Below are positions 48,391-61,524 of a stretch of DNA of 64,000 bases, piece after piece. The position numbers were made by a program, and so were the translations under genes. The stretch covers positions 24,614,001 through 24,678,000 of the forward strand of contig NC_086108.1 of assembly GCF_963921235.1 (NCBI RefSeq), given 5' to 3'. The DNA is from Mobula hypostoma. Lineage: Eukaryota. Each line of letters begins with the position of its first letter. Within the stretch, counting starts at the first letter, position 1. Under the pieces are notes generated by a model. The model did no database searches. It was not told where the DNA came from and worked only from the letters and a program-made list of their open reading frames with translations.

Positions 48391-51300
48391 ATGGTGATTC
48401 TTTTACAATGGAATGCAAGGAGCTTACTGGCCAATAGCCAGGAATTCAAGCACTTTATTAAAGAAATGGTTGTAAAACCGGATGTAGTGTGTATTCAGGA
48501 AACTTGGTTGAAACCAACTTTAGACTTTGTGGTATATGGGTATACAATGATAAGGAAAGATAGAAATCTAGGGGGAGGAGGGGGTTGTGCTATGTTAATC
48601 AAGCAAGGTATACCATATAGGGTACTGGAAAAAGGAGATGATCAGGAATACATAGTGGTGGAAGTGTGGGGGGAGAGGGGAGGGAGTGGTTATAATTAAC
48701 TACTACAATCCATGTAAAAGGTTGGATTTGGACAGCCTATTAAGGGTATAAGGACAAAACAGACAGAAAGTAGTGTGGTGTTGATTTCAGTGCTCATAGC
48801 ACAATGTGGGGGGATCAGATTACAGATCCAAATGGAAAGGTAATTGAAGATTTGATGGAAGAAAGGGATTTGGTGTGTATGAATGATGGTAGAGGCAGAA
48901 GGATAGACATAACAACAGGAACTGAGTTAGTGTTAGATATTACGTTAGTGTCTAATACCTTGGCTGGTGTAAGTAACTGGGGTGTTTGGACTGCTTCAAC
49001 AGTAGGCAGTGATTACTACCCAGTTTTATGTTCAGTGGGCGAAAGAGTTGAAGTAAGACCAGGTGGTGGAATCCCAAAGTGGGTGTTTGGAAAAGCAGAT
49101 TGGGGGAAGTTCCAGAAGTTGAGTGAAGAAGTATTGACAAAGATTGACATTTCTGGAAATATAGATGAATTAAAGTCAGGTGACTTCAGCAATTATTATG
49201 GCAGCAGAAGGATCTATACCCAGGAGTAAAAATAGGATGAATAGGAAACTGGTACCATGGTGGACAGAGGAATGTTGTCAGGCTGTAAAAAACAGAAATA
49301 GAGCATTCAGGCTAGTTAGAAGAACCCATAATATGCAGCATTTGGTTCAATATAAGAAAGCACAGGCAGTGGTGAGAAGAACTATACATCAAGCTGAAAG
49401 GGCAAGTTGGAGGGGTTTTTGCAACAAAATAGGAAGAACAACACCTGTGGGAGAGATATGGGGAATGATTAAGAGGATGGGAGGAGATAGAAGGAAATGG
49501 GAATATCCAGTAATGATATCTGAGGAGGAAACAGCAGTCTCCAGTAGGGATAAGGCTGAGATCATGGCCAAGTCATTTGTACAGATACACAGTTCAGAAA
49601 ATTTGTCTGAAGGAGGGAGAAGGAGAAGGGAAAGAACAATGAGTCAACACCCAGGTGTGTTAAACAGGAGGGAAGGAACAGATGATATAATTGATGATCC
49701 ATTTACGTTAGCAGAAATGGTGAGAGCAATAAAGAGATCGAGACCAACCTCCCCAGGGAAAGATCTGATATGCTCTGTGATGCTAAAAAATTTAGGAGAA
49801 GGAGCGCTCTTGAAGTTGCTGCATTTTTGTAACAGAGTGTGGGAGGAGGGAAGATTACCAAGTGCATGGAAAGAAGCAGTAGTAATTCCAATAAGGAAAC
49901 CTGGCAAGGATCCGTCAAAACCCACTAGCTACAGACCAATAGCATTAACATCAAATATATGTAAGATAATGGAAAGGATGATAACAGAAAGGTTGTCGTA
50001 TGAGCTTGAGAAGAGGGGGATGCTGGCAAGTTATCAGAGTGGTTTTAGAAAGGGAAGGAATTTCATGGACTCAGTGATAAGGTTAGAGACTGAAATAAGG
50101 AAGGCCCAGACAAATAAAAAATCGGTAGTTGCAGTGTTCTTTGACATTGAAAAAGCCTATGATATGATGTGGAAGGAAGGATTATTAATTAAACTGCAAA
50201 AGATGGGTGTTGGTGGGAGAGTTTTTAATTGGATTAAAGATTTTTTGTTTGGTAGAAAAATTCAAGTTCGGATTGGATCAGAATTATCAAAACAGTACAT
50301 AGTGGAAAATGGCACACCTCAAGGTAGTGTGATTAGCCCGTTACTTTTCATCATTATGATAAATGATGTCTTCACAAAGGTACCAGTGGATGTAGATAGG
50401 TCACTGTTTGCGGATGATAGGGCCTTGTGGAAAAGAGGCAGGAACATAGAGCATATAATCGGGAAACTACAAGAAGCAATTGACGAAGTGGTGGAGTGGG
50501 GTTATGATTGGGGATGTAGATTTTCAGTAGAAAAAACTCAAACTATGTTTTTTACCAGGGAAAGAATTGAGGTAGGGAAAAAGTTAAGGATGTATGGGAT
50601 TGAATTAGAAAGGGTTGGATCATTTAAATTTCTGGGAGTTATATTTGATTCACGATTAACATGGGCGGACCATACCAGGAAAGTTGAGGAGAAATGTAAA
50701 AAAGTAATAAATGTGATGAGATGTTTGACTGGTAGGTAGGGAATGGGGAGCAAGTTGTTCAGCGTTGAAGAGAATGTATGTGGCTTTAGTAAGATCTGTA
50801 TTGGATTATGGAAATATAGCATATTGATCAGCAGCTAGGTCTCTTATAAGGAAATTGGATGTGATTCAGGCTCAGGCTTTGAGAGTGTGCAGTGGGGCTT
50901 TTAAAACGTCACCGGTGTCAGCCCTACAGGTAGAAATGGGAGTAATGCCTTTGGAACTAAGAAGGGTGCAATTGATGGCAAACCACTGGGCTAACTTCCA
51001 GGGGCACAATGATTCTCACCCTACTAAAGGAGTGTTGCAGGAGTGCTGGGAAAATGGGAGGTTTCAGAGGGATACCTTTAGTCAGGTAGGGAATGATATT
51101 GCTAAAGAATGTGGAGTGTTTGATCTAAGGATAAGTCCTTCAGTAGTTTATCTGGTTGGAGCTCCATGGAAGCTTGTATGGCCTGACATAGACTGGCATT
51201 TGTTAGAGGTAAAAAGGAAAGGAAGATATGAAACTGATTTGGTAAATGCATTTAGCTGTCATGTGATTATACTCACATTTATACGGATGGTGCGAAGGAA

Positions 51301-52131
51301 CCTGAAACAGGAGTGACAGTGTTTGGGGTGGTTATACCAGCAAAAGAAATTGGAATCAGCAGAAGAACATCTAATAAGTTAGGGGTGTTTACAGTGGAGA
51401 TGCTGGCAGTGTTGGTTGTGTTGCAATGGGTGTAGAAAGCCAGACAAGTCAAAGCATTGATATGCTCAGATTCATCCTCAGTTCAAGCAAGTTTAAGGTC
51501 TTTTCACACAAACAGTTGGCAAGATGTACTTTATGAAGCCCTTCAGTCAGTCACAAGAATTGCAAATCAGGAAGGTCAGGTAAAATTTCTATGGGTTCCA
51601 GCACATGTAGGTGTGAAGGGGAATGAGAGGGTGGATGAGTTGGCAAAGAGGACATTAAAGAAAGAAAACATAGAAATGCACATTAGTATCAGCAAAGCAG
51701 AGGTTAAGTGTGTAATCTGGGAAAAAATCAACCAAATGTGGCAAGAAAGATGGGACAGGGAGGGGAAAGGGAGGCATTTATATCAAATACAAAGAAGTGT
51801 TGCAGGTACTAGGGTAGGTAATGGATACAAAAGAGAGGAAACTGTGCAGACTAGGTTAACGCTGGGGCACTGTGCATTAAACAAAACGTTAAAAATGATA
51901 GGGAAACACCAGACAGGATTGTGTGAGGAATGTCAGGAAGAGGAGTCAGTAGAACATGTAGTTCTGAGTTGCAGCAAGTATGGGGTACGGAAAGAGATGA
52001 TGAGAATTAAACTAAGGGAATTGGGGGTGCAGGAATTGACATTAAAAGGGTTGCTGGGCATGGGTGAGAGAGCACAGGTTAGGGTATTTTTAGCTTTTTT
52101 AAGGGGTACAGGGGTTTTTTATAGGATATGA
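48391..52131 (+). pseudogene. LINE ORF2 (APE endonuclease, RT, RNase H, C-terminal Zn finger), disrupted
   Basis: LQWNARSL, CIQETWL, GSDYYP; YRPIALTS, FDIEKAYD, GTPQGSVISP, FADD; IYTDG, ICSDS, WVPAHVGVKGNERVD; CEEC..ESVEHVVLSC. Several stops and frameshifts. Confidence 0.88.
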
Positions 52132-52192
52132 TGGATAAACAGGAATAGGGTACTAGGATGGTCAAAAATGGGAGGATAAAGTATAGGTTAGG

Positions 52193-52194
<2 letters not shown>

Positions 52195-52260
<66 letters not shown>
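52195..52260. repeat. (GT)n(GA)n microsatellite in the Nimb 3' UTR
   Basis: Seen directly. Confidence 0.95.
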
Positions 52261-52741
52261 TTGGGTGAAGGGATTTAGAATGTACGTCTATTGCACACTC
52301 CGGAGCAGAAGGTGGCGGTAATGCACCATTAAGCTGGATGCCAACCGCCGTAAAACAAGACACAGACAGACAGACAGATAGCACCTGAGGTCAAGATTAA
52401 CCTGCTGCAGAGCTGCATCATTGAACTGCTGTGCAAAAGCATGTGGTGTATATATTTGAGCACCATGTACAGTTAAAATGAGTTTCAACTTGCAGAAGGG
52501 TGAATAAACTGAATTAAACATCAGATTTCTTTTGTTGGAAAACATAAGGTAAAACAAACTCATTTCAATGGAAAAGTTACTGCTCAAAAACTTAAGCTCG
52601 GTTACAGACGCTAAATACTTTAAACAATCTCTTTAATCTTTTGTACTCTGCCTTCGATAACTTTGGAGACTGTACAAGATCTGCCATGACAATAGCATTT
52701 CTAACAGGGGATATATTTGCTGATTCTACATCATCACTTAC

Positions 52742-52980
52742 ATAACATATCCTTCCCAACCACTTGGCTTTACCTACCACCTTCCAGCTAGCCTCCTTCC
52801 ACTCCCCGCACCTTTTTATTCATGGCACCTTTCCCCTTCCTTCTCAATCCTGAAGAAGAGTTTCAGCCCAAAACATCAACTATCTATTAATTTCCACAGA
52901 TGCTGCCTGACCTGCTGAGTTCCTCCAACATTTTGCAAGTGTTGCTTTGGATTTTCAGCATCCAAAGACTGTCCCATGTT
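52742..52980 (+). mobile_element. Penelope-type terminal repeat fragment with degenerate hammerhead
   Basis: CTGAAGAAGAGTTTCAGCCCAAAACATCAACT...GATGCTGCCTGACCTGCTGAGTTCCTCC, homologous to 61437-61524. Confidence 0.65.
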
Positions 52981-53119
52981 TATATCATAACATATATCAA
53001 TAATTAAACCTACAACTTGGATAGTCAAGGCCTGATCAGACATGCTTTTGTGCGTGTGTGGGCGGGGGGGCATGTCTAATGAACCTTTCGAAGTCATTTA
53101 AGAAAAAAGATAACTGAGG

Positions 53120-54270
53120 AGATAATTGAAGGTAGGACAGTGGATGTTGTCTATATGGACTTTAGTAAGGCCCTGAACAAGGCATTGCATGGCAACCTGA
53201 TCTGGAAGTTTATGTCTCATTAGATTCAGGATGAGCTAATGAGACAGGTTGAGAAATGGCTTGATGATAGGAAGCAGAGGGTGATGCTTGAAGACCAATT
53301 CTCTGACGGGATGGCTGTTACTTTTGAAGTGCCATTGTGATCAGAGCTAGGACCTCTGCTATTCATTATTTATTAAAGTGATTAGCATGTGAATGTTCAT
53401 GGCACAATTAGTAAGTTTGGTGATGATATTGAAATAGTGGGGTCGTGTTGCTAGTGAACCAGGTTACAATGAACCTCAAAGAGATCTTAATCAGTTATGG
53501 AGATGGGCTGATGAATGGCAAATGGATTTCAAATTGATAAGTGTGAGGTGATTCATTTGGACAGTTAAACAGGAGTAGGACATATAAAAAATGGCAGGAC
53601 ATTGATCAGTGTTGTGGAATAGCGGAGCCTGGGAATACAAGTGCAGAGTTCTCTGAAAATGGCCGTCCACGTAGAGAGGGCAGCGAAGAAGGCATTTAGC
53701 ATGCTGGTCTTCATCGGTCAAGGTGCTAAGTTCAGGAATAGGGGCATTATGTTGCAGTTATATAAATTATTGGTGAGGCTTGGAGCACCAAGTATGATTT
53801 TGGTCACCCCTTGATAGGAAAGTCATTGTCAGGTTGGAGAGAATGCAGAAGAGATTTGCAAGGATGTGGCCTGGATCAGAGAGCCTGAGGTATAGGGAGA
53901 GGTTGGCCACAGTGGATCTTTATTTCCTGGCATACAGGAGAATGAAGCGTAACCTCATAGATGTTTATAAAATCAGGAGGGGTATGGATAAGGTGGACAG
54001 TCATAATCTTTTCCCCAGGGTTGGGAGTTCAATCCTAGAGAGAACGGAGAAAAAATGGGAGAGACTTAAAAGAGGCAAGGTAGCTTCTTTACACAGAAGG
54101 TAGTGAGCATCTGGAAAGAGTTGTTAGAGGAAGTGGTTGAAACAGGTATAACCACTATATTTAAGAGGGATTTGATACGTACCTGGAGAAGGAAAAGCTT
54201 GGAGTGTTATGTGGCAAACATGGCAGCTGGGACTAACAGGAAGGATGCTGACTTGGGTTATGGATGACTC
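53120..54270 (+). mobile_element. CR1 LINE RT 3' fragment, decayed
   Basis: VDVVYMDFSKA, WQMDF, ERMQKRFARM. Confidence 0.8.
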
Positions 54271-54653
54271 TTCTTGCATTGCAAACTTTTAAGTGTGAGA
54301 ACAAACATGGTTTTACTCCATGCAATCCGTAAGATAATGGAAAATCAACAACAATGATCAAAACCGACAGTTAAGTGATGCACAGTAACAATTGTTGTTA
54401 TAAGAGTTACATGGCCACAGTGTAGAGTAGAAATGTAGCTGAAAGCAATGCTACATGTATTGATAGTAAATCACACCCCTGAATGATTAGAAAAACAGAA
54501 TTTGGGAGACCAAGAATGCCAGATCCTTTTACTAAATACCATGAAGCTAAGTAAATCTATGGAAGAGATGCAAAAGCTACAGAGTCTCTTCAGTGACGTC
54601 ACTAAGAGAAACTGTAACACCATGCCTGCATATTATACAGTACTGTGCACCCT

Positions 54654-54655
<2 letters not shown>

Positions 54656-54716
<61 letters not shown>

Positions 54717-54746
54717 CACATACACACATATAAATACACACACACC
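54656..54746. repeat. Compound (CT)n(TA)n(CA) microsatellite
   Basis: Seen directly. Confidence 0.95.
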
Positions 54747-56440
54747 TAACTTTTTTTGCACAGTACTATATAGACAGTCCTCCAAGGAACAAATAACAAA
54801 ATCTTCATATTTCACATCATACCCAATAATAATCTAGCAATTTGGCCAGTATGAATCACTGAAAGAAGTAAGTCAAGTCCTGCAGAATTATATCGAAGAA
54901 TATTCAGTATTCTGTATAGAAAGGCAAAATTATTACAGCAAGATTAAGAGGATATCTATCCCTCCAAAGACTGAATTTGACTGTGTAGGAAGATGAGCAA
55001 ATGTGTTTTCTAATTTCTTTGGTTGTGTTGATTCAGTGATGTGTATAATTATGGATGAAATCACATCCCTGTTATTTAATACAAAGATAATGGCATAGAA
55101 TTTTGAATCAATAGGGTGGGGGATTAGATTATTGCATGTTACCTTGCATTTCTGAAAGTGAATTGTAAATAAAGTCTGTCTTACAATTCACAGAAGAGTG
55201 CAGTTGCTGAATTTTCATGACATCACTTCGAAAGATCCAGGTGTATGTGCAAACAGTAACATATGGGGAATGCCCTTTTTCCAAGCCCACTTTACAAAGA
55301 AATATCAATTACACATCTGGATTCTATATTCAAAATGGTGTCACCTAGTTTTACAAGGCTATCCAAGAATCTTTAGGTATGTGGTCTTACAACAGATGCA
55401 AAAAGAATCCGAGAAAATGTCAGCAATTTTAACAAAAACGTCTCTGTTTTCAATTTTGGATATAAACAAAATATTCCAGATAGGATTATTACAAATTTCC
55501 AATTCAACATTCCCAACATTTTTCTAATCTTCAAATTCTGGCAACTCAGTGCACAAAAATTGAGAGGAATTAATGAAGTTTGAGCTGTGATCAGATATAA
55601 ATGAATATTATGCACCAGGAAACAGAAAAATTTCCAATTAACATATATAGTTTACTTTTTATAAAATGCCCTGGACCAAGATACCGCAACACGCTGTTGC
55701 TTTCCACCACTAACTGTAAAAAGTTTATGTGTGTATCTGTGATTGTGTGGGTTTCCTCTGAGTGCTCTGGTTTCCTCCCACAGTCCAAAGGCCTACTGGG
55801 TGATAAGTTAATTTGTCATTGTAAATTGTCCTGTTTTTAGACTAAGGTTATATCCATAAGAGCATAACACAAAGGAGTAGAATTAGGCCATTAGTCCTGT
55901 CATGTTTCTCCACTATTTCATCATGGAAGATCCAAATTTCCTCTCAGCCCCAATCTCCTGCCTTCTCCCCGTATTCCTTCTTTGCTGACCAATCAAGAAT
56001 CTTTCAACTTCTGCCTAGTATACATAAAGACTTGCTCTTCACTGCTACCTGTGGCAAAGAGTTCCACAGATTCACCTGGCTAAAGAAATTCCTCCACATC
56101 TCTGTTCTAAAAGGATGCCCCGCTATTACAAGGCTGTGTCCTCTGGTCTTAGCCTCCCCGACCGTAGGAAATATCCTCTCCACATCCACTCTATCAAGAC
56201 CTTTCAATATTCGATAGGTTTCAAATAGGTCACCCTTATTCTAGTGAATACAGGCCCAGAGCCATCAAATGCTCTTCATAGGACATGCATTCAATACTGG
56301 AATCACTTTAGTGAACCTCCTTTGAACACTCTCCAGTTTCACCACATCCTTTCGAATATAAGGGGCTCAAAATTGTTCCCGGTACTCAAAGAGAGGCCTT
56401 ACCAGTGCTTTGTAAAATCTATTTATTACTCAACCTGCAA

Positions 56441-58232
56441 ACTAGCAACAGAGGAGCTGATGGCAGTGTGGACAGGGCCAACGAACTTAGCCTATTCTTT
56501 AACAGATTTGACATTGTGACCCCTGCCCACCCCCCACATGAGCCATCTGTTGTCTGCCCCCAACCAACACATATTCCATTCTCCCCTCCTCACGGTCCCC
56601 CACCCTGCTCTGATGACTATACCCCTTCCCCACACAAAACCACCACGGTGGGCTTCACGGCTGAACAGGTGAGAAGACAGCTGAAACGTCTCAACCCAAG
56701 TAAGGCTGCAGGACCGGATGGTGTCAGTACCAGGGTGCTGAAAGCCTGTGTCCCTCAGCTATGTGGAGTACTTCGCCATGTATTCAACCTGAGCCTGAGG
56801 CTCCGGAGAGTTCCTGTACTATGGAAGATGTCCTGCCTCGTCCCTGTGCCGAAGACGCCGCGCCCCAGCGACCTCAATGACTACAGACCAGTGGCATTGA
56901 CCTCCCACATCATGAAGACCCTGGAGAGGCTTGTTCTGGAGCTGCTCCGGCCTATGGTCAGGCCACACTTAGATCCCCTCCACTTCACCTACCTGCCCTG
57001 ACTAGGAGTTGAGGATACCATCATCTACCTACTAAACCGTGTCTACGCCCACTTGGACAAGCCAGCGAGCACTATGAGAGTCATGTTTTTTGACTTCTCC
57101 AGTGCGTTCAACACCATCCGCCCTGCTCTGCTGGGGGAGAAGCTGACAGCGATGCAGGTGGATGCCTCCCTGGTATCATGGATTCTTGATTACCTGACTG
57201 GTAGACCACAGTACGTGTGCTTGCAACACTGTGTGTCCAACAGAGTGATCAGCAGCACTGGGGCTCCACAGGGGACTGTCTTGTCTCCCTTTCTCTTCAC
57301 CATTTACACCTCGGACTTCAACTACTGCACAGAGTCTTGTCATCTTCAGAAGTTTTCGGATGACTCTGCCATAGTTGGATGCATCAGTAAGGGAGATGAG
57401 TTTGAGTACAGGGCTACGGTAAGAAACTTTGTCATATGGTGTGAGCAGAATTATCTGCAGCTTAATGTGAAAAAGACCAAGGAGCTGCTGGTAGACCTGA
57501 GGAGAGCTAAGGTACCGGTGACCACTGTTTCCATCCAGGGGGTCAGTGTGGACATGGTGGAGGATTACAAATACCTGGGGATACGAATTGACAATAAACT
57601 GGACTGGTCAAAGAACACTGAGGCTGTCTACAAGAAGGGTCAGAGCCGTCTCTATTTCCTGAGGAGACTGAGGTCCTTTAACATCTACCGGAAGATGCTG
57701 AGGATATTCTACGAGTCTGTGGTAGCCAGTGCTATCACGTTTGCTGTTGTGTGCTGGGGCAGCAGGCTGAGGGTAGCAGACACCAACAGAATCAACAAAC
57801 TCATTCGTAAGGCCAGTGATGTTGTGGGGATGGAACTGGACTCTCTCACGGTGGTGTCTGAAAAGAGGATGCTGTCTAAGTTGCATGCCATCTTGGTCAA
57901 TGTCTCCCATCCACTACATAGTGTACTGGGTGGGCACAGGAGTACATTCAGCCAGAGACTCAATCCTCCGAAATGCAGCACAGAGCGTCACAGGAAGTCA
58001 TTCCTGCCTGTGGCCATCAAACTTCACAACTCCTCCCTTGGAAGGTCAGACACCCTGAGTCGATAGGCTGGTCCTGGACTTATTTCATAATTTACTGGCA
58101 TAATTTATGTATTACTATTTAACTATTTATGGTTCTATTACTATTTATTATTTATGGTGCAACTGTAACGAAAACCAATTTCCCCCAGGATCAATAAAGT
58201 ATGACTATGACTATGACTATGACTATGACTAT
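56441..58232 (+). mobile_element. Rex1/Babar-like LINE, 5'-truncated, near-intact RT
   Basis: KAAGPDGV, NDYRPVALTS, FFDFSSAFNTI, GAPQGTVLSP, KFSDDSAIVG, KYLG. One in-frame stop near 57000. AATAAA then (GACTAT)n tail. Nested in a minus-strand CR1. Confidence 0.88.
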
Positions 58233-58768
58233 AAATTAACCTTTAGGGATCCTGCACAAGGACCCCCAAAGTCCTTTTGTGCCTCAGGTTTTTGTATTTC
58301 CTCTCCATTTAGAAAATAGTCTGCCCTTTCATTTCTTCTACCAAAAGGCATAACCATACACTTCCCGACACTATATTCCATCTGCCACTTCTTTGCCCAT
58401 TCTCCTAATCTATCTTAGTCCTTCTGTAGTCTCTCTAATTCCTCAAAACTACCTGCCCCTCCATCTATCTTCATTTCATCTGCAAACTTGGCAACAAAGC
58501 CAAAAATTCCATCATCCAAATCATTGACATGTAAAAGGAATCAGTCCCAACACAGACCCTTGTGGAACACTACTAATCACTGGCAGCCAACCAGAAAAGA
58601 CTCCTTTTGTTTCTACTTTTTGCCTTCTGCAAATCAGTCACTGCTTTATGCATGCTTGAATCTTCCCTGCAATACCATGGGCTTGTGTTTCTTAAGCAGC
58701 CTCATGTGTGGCATCTTGCCAAAGGCCTTCTGAAAATCCAATTACACAATATCAACTGATTCTCCTTT

Positions 58769-60224
58769 AGGAGGCGAGGGAGAAGATTGCTGAGCCTCTG
58801 GTGATGATCTTTGCATCATCAACGGGGACGGGAGAGGTTCCGGAGGATTGGAGGGTTGTGGAAGTTGTTCCTTTATTTAAGAAAGGGAGTAGAGATAGCC
58901 TAGGAAATTATAGACCAGTGAGTCTTAACTCAGTGGTTGATAAGTTGACAGAGAAGATCGTGAGAGGCAGGATTTATGAACATTTGGAGAGGTATAATAT
59001 GATTAGGAATAGTCAGCATGGCTTTGTCAAGGACAGGTCGTGCCTTATGAGCCTGATTTAATTTTTTGAGGATGTGACTAAACACATTGATGAAGGAAGT
59101 GCATTAGATGTAGTGTATATGGATTTCAGCAAGGCATTTGATAAGGTACCCTATGCAAGGCTGATTGAGAAAGTAAAGTGGCATGGAATCCGAGGGGACA
59201 TTGCTTTGTGGATCCAGAACTGGTTTACCCACAGAAGGCAAGGTGTGGTTGTAGACGGGTCATATTCTGCATGGAGGTCGGTCACTGGTGGAGTGCCTCA
59301 GGGATCTGTTCTGGGACCCCTACTCTTTGTGATTTTAATAAATGACCTGGATGAGGAAGAGGAGGGATGCATCAGTAAGTTTGCTGATGACACAAATGTT
59401 GGAGGTGTTGTGGATAATGTGGAGGGATGTCAGAGGTTACAGTGGGAAATTAATAGGATATAAAACTGGGCTGAGAAGTGGCAGATGGAGTTCAACCCAG
59501 ATAGGTGTGAAGTGATTCATTTTGGTAAGTCAAATATGATGGCAGAATATAGTATTAATGGTAAGACTCTTGGCGGTGTGGAGGATCAGAGAGATCTTAG
59601 GGTCTGAGTCCATAGGACACTCAAAGTGGTTGCACAGATTGACTCTGTGGTTAAGAAGTCTAACGGTGTATTGGTCTTCATCAATCATGGAATTGAAGTT
59701 AGGCGCCGAGAGGTAATGTTACAGCTATACCCTGGTCAGATCCCACTTGGAATACGGTGCTCAGTTCTGGTCGCCTGACTACCGGAAGGATGTGGAAGCC
59801 ATAGAAAGGGTGCTGAGGAGATTTACAAGGATGTTGCCTGGATTGGGGAGCATGCCTTATGAGAATAGGTTGAGTGATCTCAGCCTTTTCTCCTTGGAGC
59901 GACAGAGGATGAGAGATGACCTGAATAAGATGATGAGAGGCATTGATCATGTGGATAGTCAGAGGCTTTTTCCCAGGGCTAAAATGGTTGCCACAAGAGG
60001 ACATAGGTTTAAGGTGCTGGGGAGTAGGTACAGAGGAGATCTCCAGGGTAAGTTATTTACTCAGAGAGTGGTGAGTGCATGGAATGGGCTGCCGGCAACG
60101 GTGGTGGAGGCGGATACGATAGGGTCTTTTAAGAGACTTTTGGATAGGTAGGGACATGTTTGGTACAACTTTGTGGGCCGAAGGGCCTGTATTGTGCTGT
60201 GGGTTTTCTATGTTTCTAAGTTTC
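58769..60224 (+). mobile_element. CR1 LINE, 5'-truncated, nested in the minus-strand CR1
   Basis: VPEDWRV, NYRPVSL, YMDFSKAFD, GVPQGSVLGP, KFADD, EYGAQFWSP, ending in a TTTCTATG-type tail. Confidence 0.88.
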
Positions 60225-60876
60225 GTTAACCTGCTTGATATTTCTTCAAATAATTGCAACAGAATTATCAGGCAAGATTTTCCCCTGAGGAAACCATGCT
60301 GACTACGGCCTGTTCCATCATGTTCCTCCAAGTACCCTGAGACATCATCCTCAATAATCAACTCCAAAATCTTCCAGACCACTGAGGTCAGACTAACTGG
60401 CCTATAATTTCCTTTCTTCTGCCTCTCTCCCTTCTTGAAGTGTGGAGAAACATTTGCAATTTTCCAGTCTTCCGGAACCACTCCAGAATCTAGTGATTCT
60501 TGGAAGATTAGTACGAATGCCTCCAAATTCTCTTCAGCCACCTCTTTCAGAAGCCTGGGCATAAAGTATCTGGTCCAGGTGACTTACCAACCTTCAAACA
60601 TTTGTTTCCCAAGAACCTTCTCTCTAGCAATGGTAACTTCACATACCTCATGACCCATGACACCAGGAATTTCCACCAAACTGCTAGTATCTTCTATCCT
60701 GAAGACTGATGCAAAATACTTTTTCAGTTCATCCACCATTTCCTTGTCCTCTATTACTACCTCCTGAACATCATTTTCCAGCAGTCCAATATCCACTTTC
60801 AGCTCTCTTTTATAATTCATTTATTGGCAGATTACTGGGAGTTGTGGCTTGAAGAGCCTATTCCACAATATGATCT

Positions 60877-60964
60877 TAATAAATAAATAAATAAACAAAC
60901 AAACAAACAAACAGATAAATACATAAATAAATAGATAAATAAATAAATAAGCAAGCAAGCAAGC
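60877..60964. repeat. Compound (AAAT)/(AAAC)/(AAGC) tetranucleotide microsatellite
   Basis: Seen directly. Confidence 0.9.
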
Positions 60965-61436
60965 TCCAGCAGTCGAAGAATGAAGTCAATAGGTCTAGAC
61001 CAATCCTACATTATAGGGGCTTTGTGTTTCTAGAAAATGGGCCATGTCATCTGTGCATGCATCAAGAACGGAAGTTGAAACAACAAAAATTGTGTTGGTT
61101 TATTTACTTCTCCACCCAACCCCACCCTCACAAATTCTGTGAGAGCAAATTTTCATCCATACCTCAAAATGTTGGATAATGATATATGAATCCTGCAAAA
61201 GTGAATTTCCATAACCTAAACAGCTATAACACAGGGTCACCTGTATACTGATCTTAATGAATCAGGTGGCCAGTAATTATTTCAATTCACCTTTAAAGCC
61301 ATACTGGACAGAAGGTTTGTGATGTGTTCACTTTGTCAAAACATAGCACAGACTGGAACACCTTGTAGTCTTGAATGAGATTACTATATTTTTTAATGAA
61401 CCTAATTTTCAACATAAAGTCATGCACTGATGCGCT

Positions 61437-61472
61437 AGTCCTGACGAAGGGTCTCGGCCTGAAACGTCGACT
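61437..61472 (+). ncRNA. Minimal type I hammerhead ribozyme motif
   Basis: AGTC-CTGACGA-AGG(GTCTCGG)CCT-GAAA-CG-TC^GACT: conserved CUGANGA and GAAA boxes, stem I AGTC/GACT, stem II AGG/CCT, palindromic ACGT stem III, GUC cleavage triplet. Confidence 0.7.
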
Positions 61473-61524
61473 GTACCTCTTCCTAGAGATGCTGCCTGGC
61501 CTGCTGCGTTCACCAGCAACTTTG

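Larger units (their letters stand above)
47033..52373 (+). mobile_element. Full-length Nimb/I-group LINE (with RNase H), inactivated
   Basis: TSD ACAGATAGCAC(C) at 47022-47033 and 52374-52385, CAGT start, ORF1 and ORF2, 3' UTR with (GT)n/(GA)n, GGTGGCGGTAATGCAC...CCGCC stem and (GACA)n tail. Confidence 0.88.
46760..52435 (-). mobile_element. SINE (46760-47032 plus 52374-52435) split by the Nimb LINE
   Basis: AAATCAGAGCACCTGGAGGAAATGCACAC...CTCCAAACAGATAGCACC|TGAGGTCAAGATT rejoins across the LINE. Confidence 0.6.
55855..60820 (-). mobile_element. CR1 LINE (minus strand) hosting two later insertions
   Basis: Fragments 55855-56440, 58233-58768 and 60225-60820 rejoin (VPEDWKIANV, NYRPVSLTS, QHGFLRGKSCL). 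Confidence 0.8.

Noticed and set aside
54502..54837. ORFs with LSLSLS / RERERE runs
   Set aside because: Translation of microsatellites.
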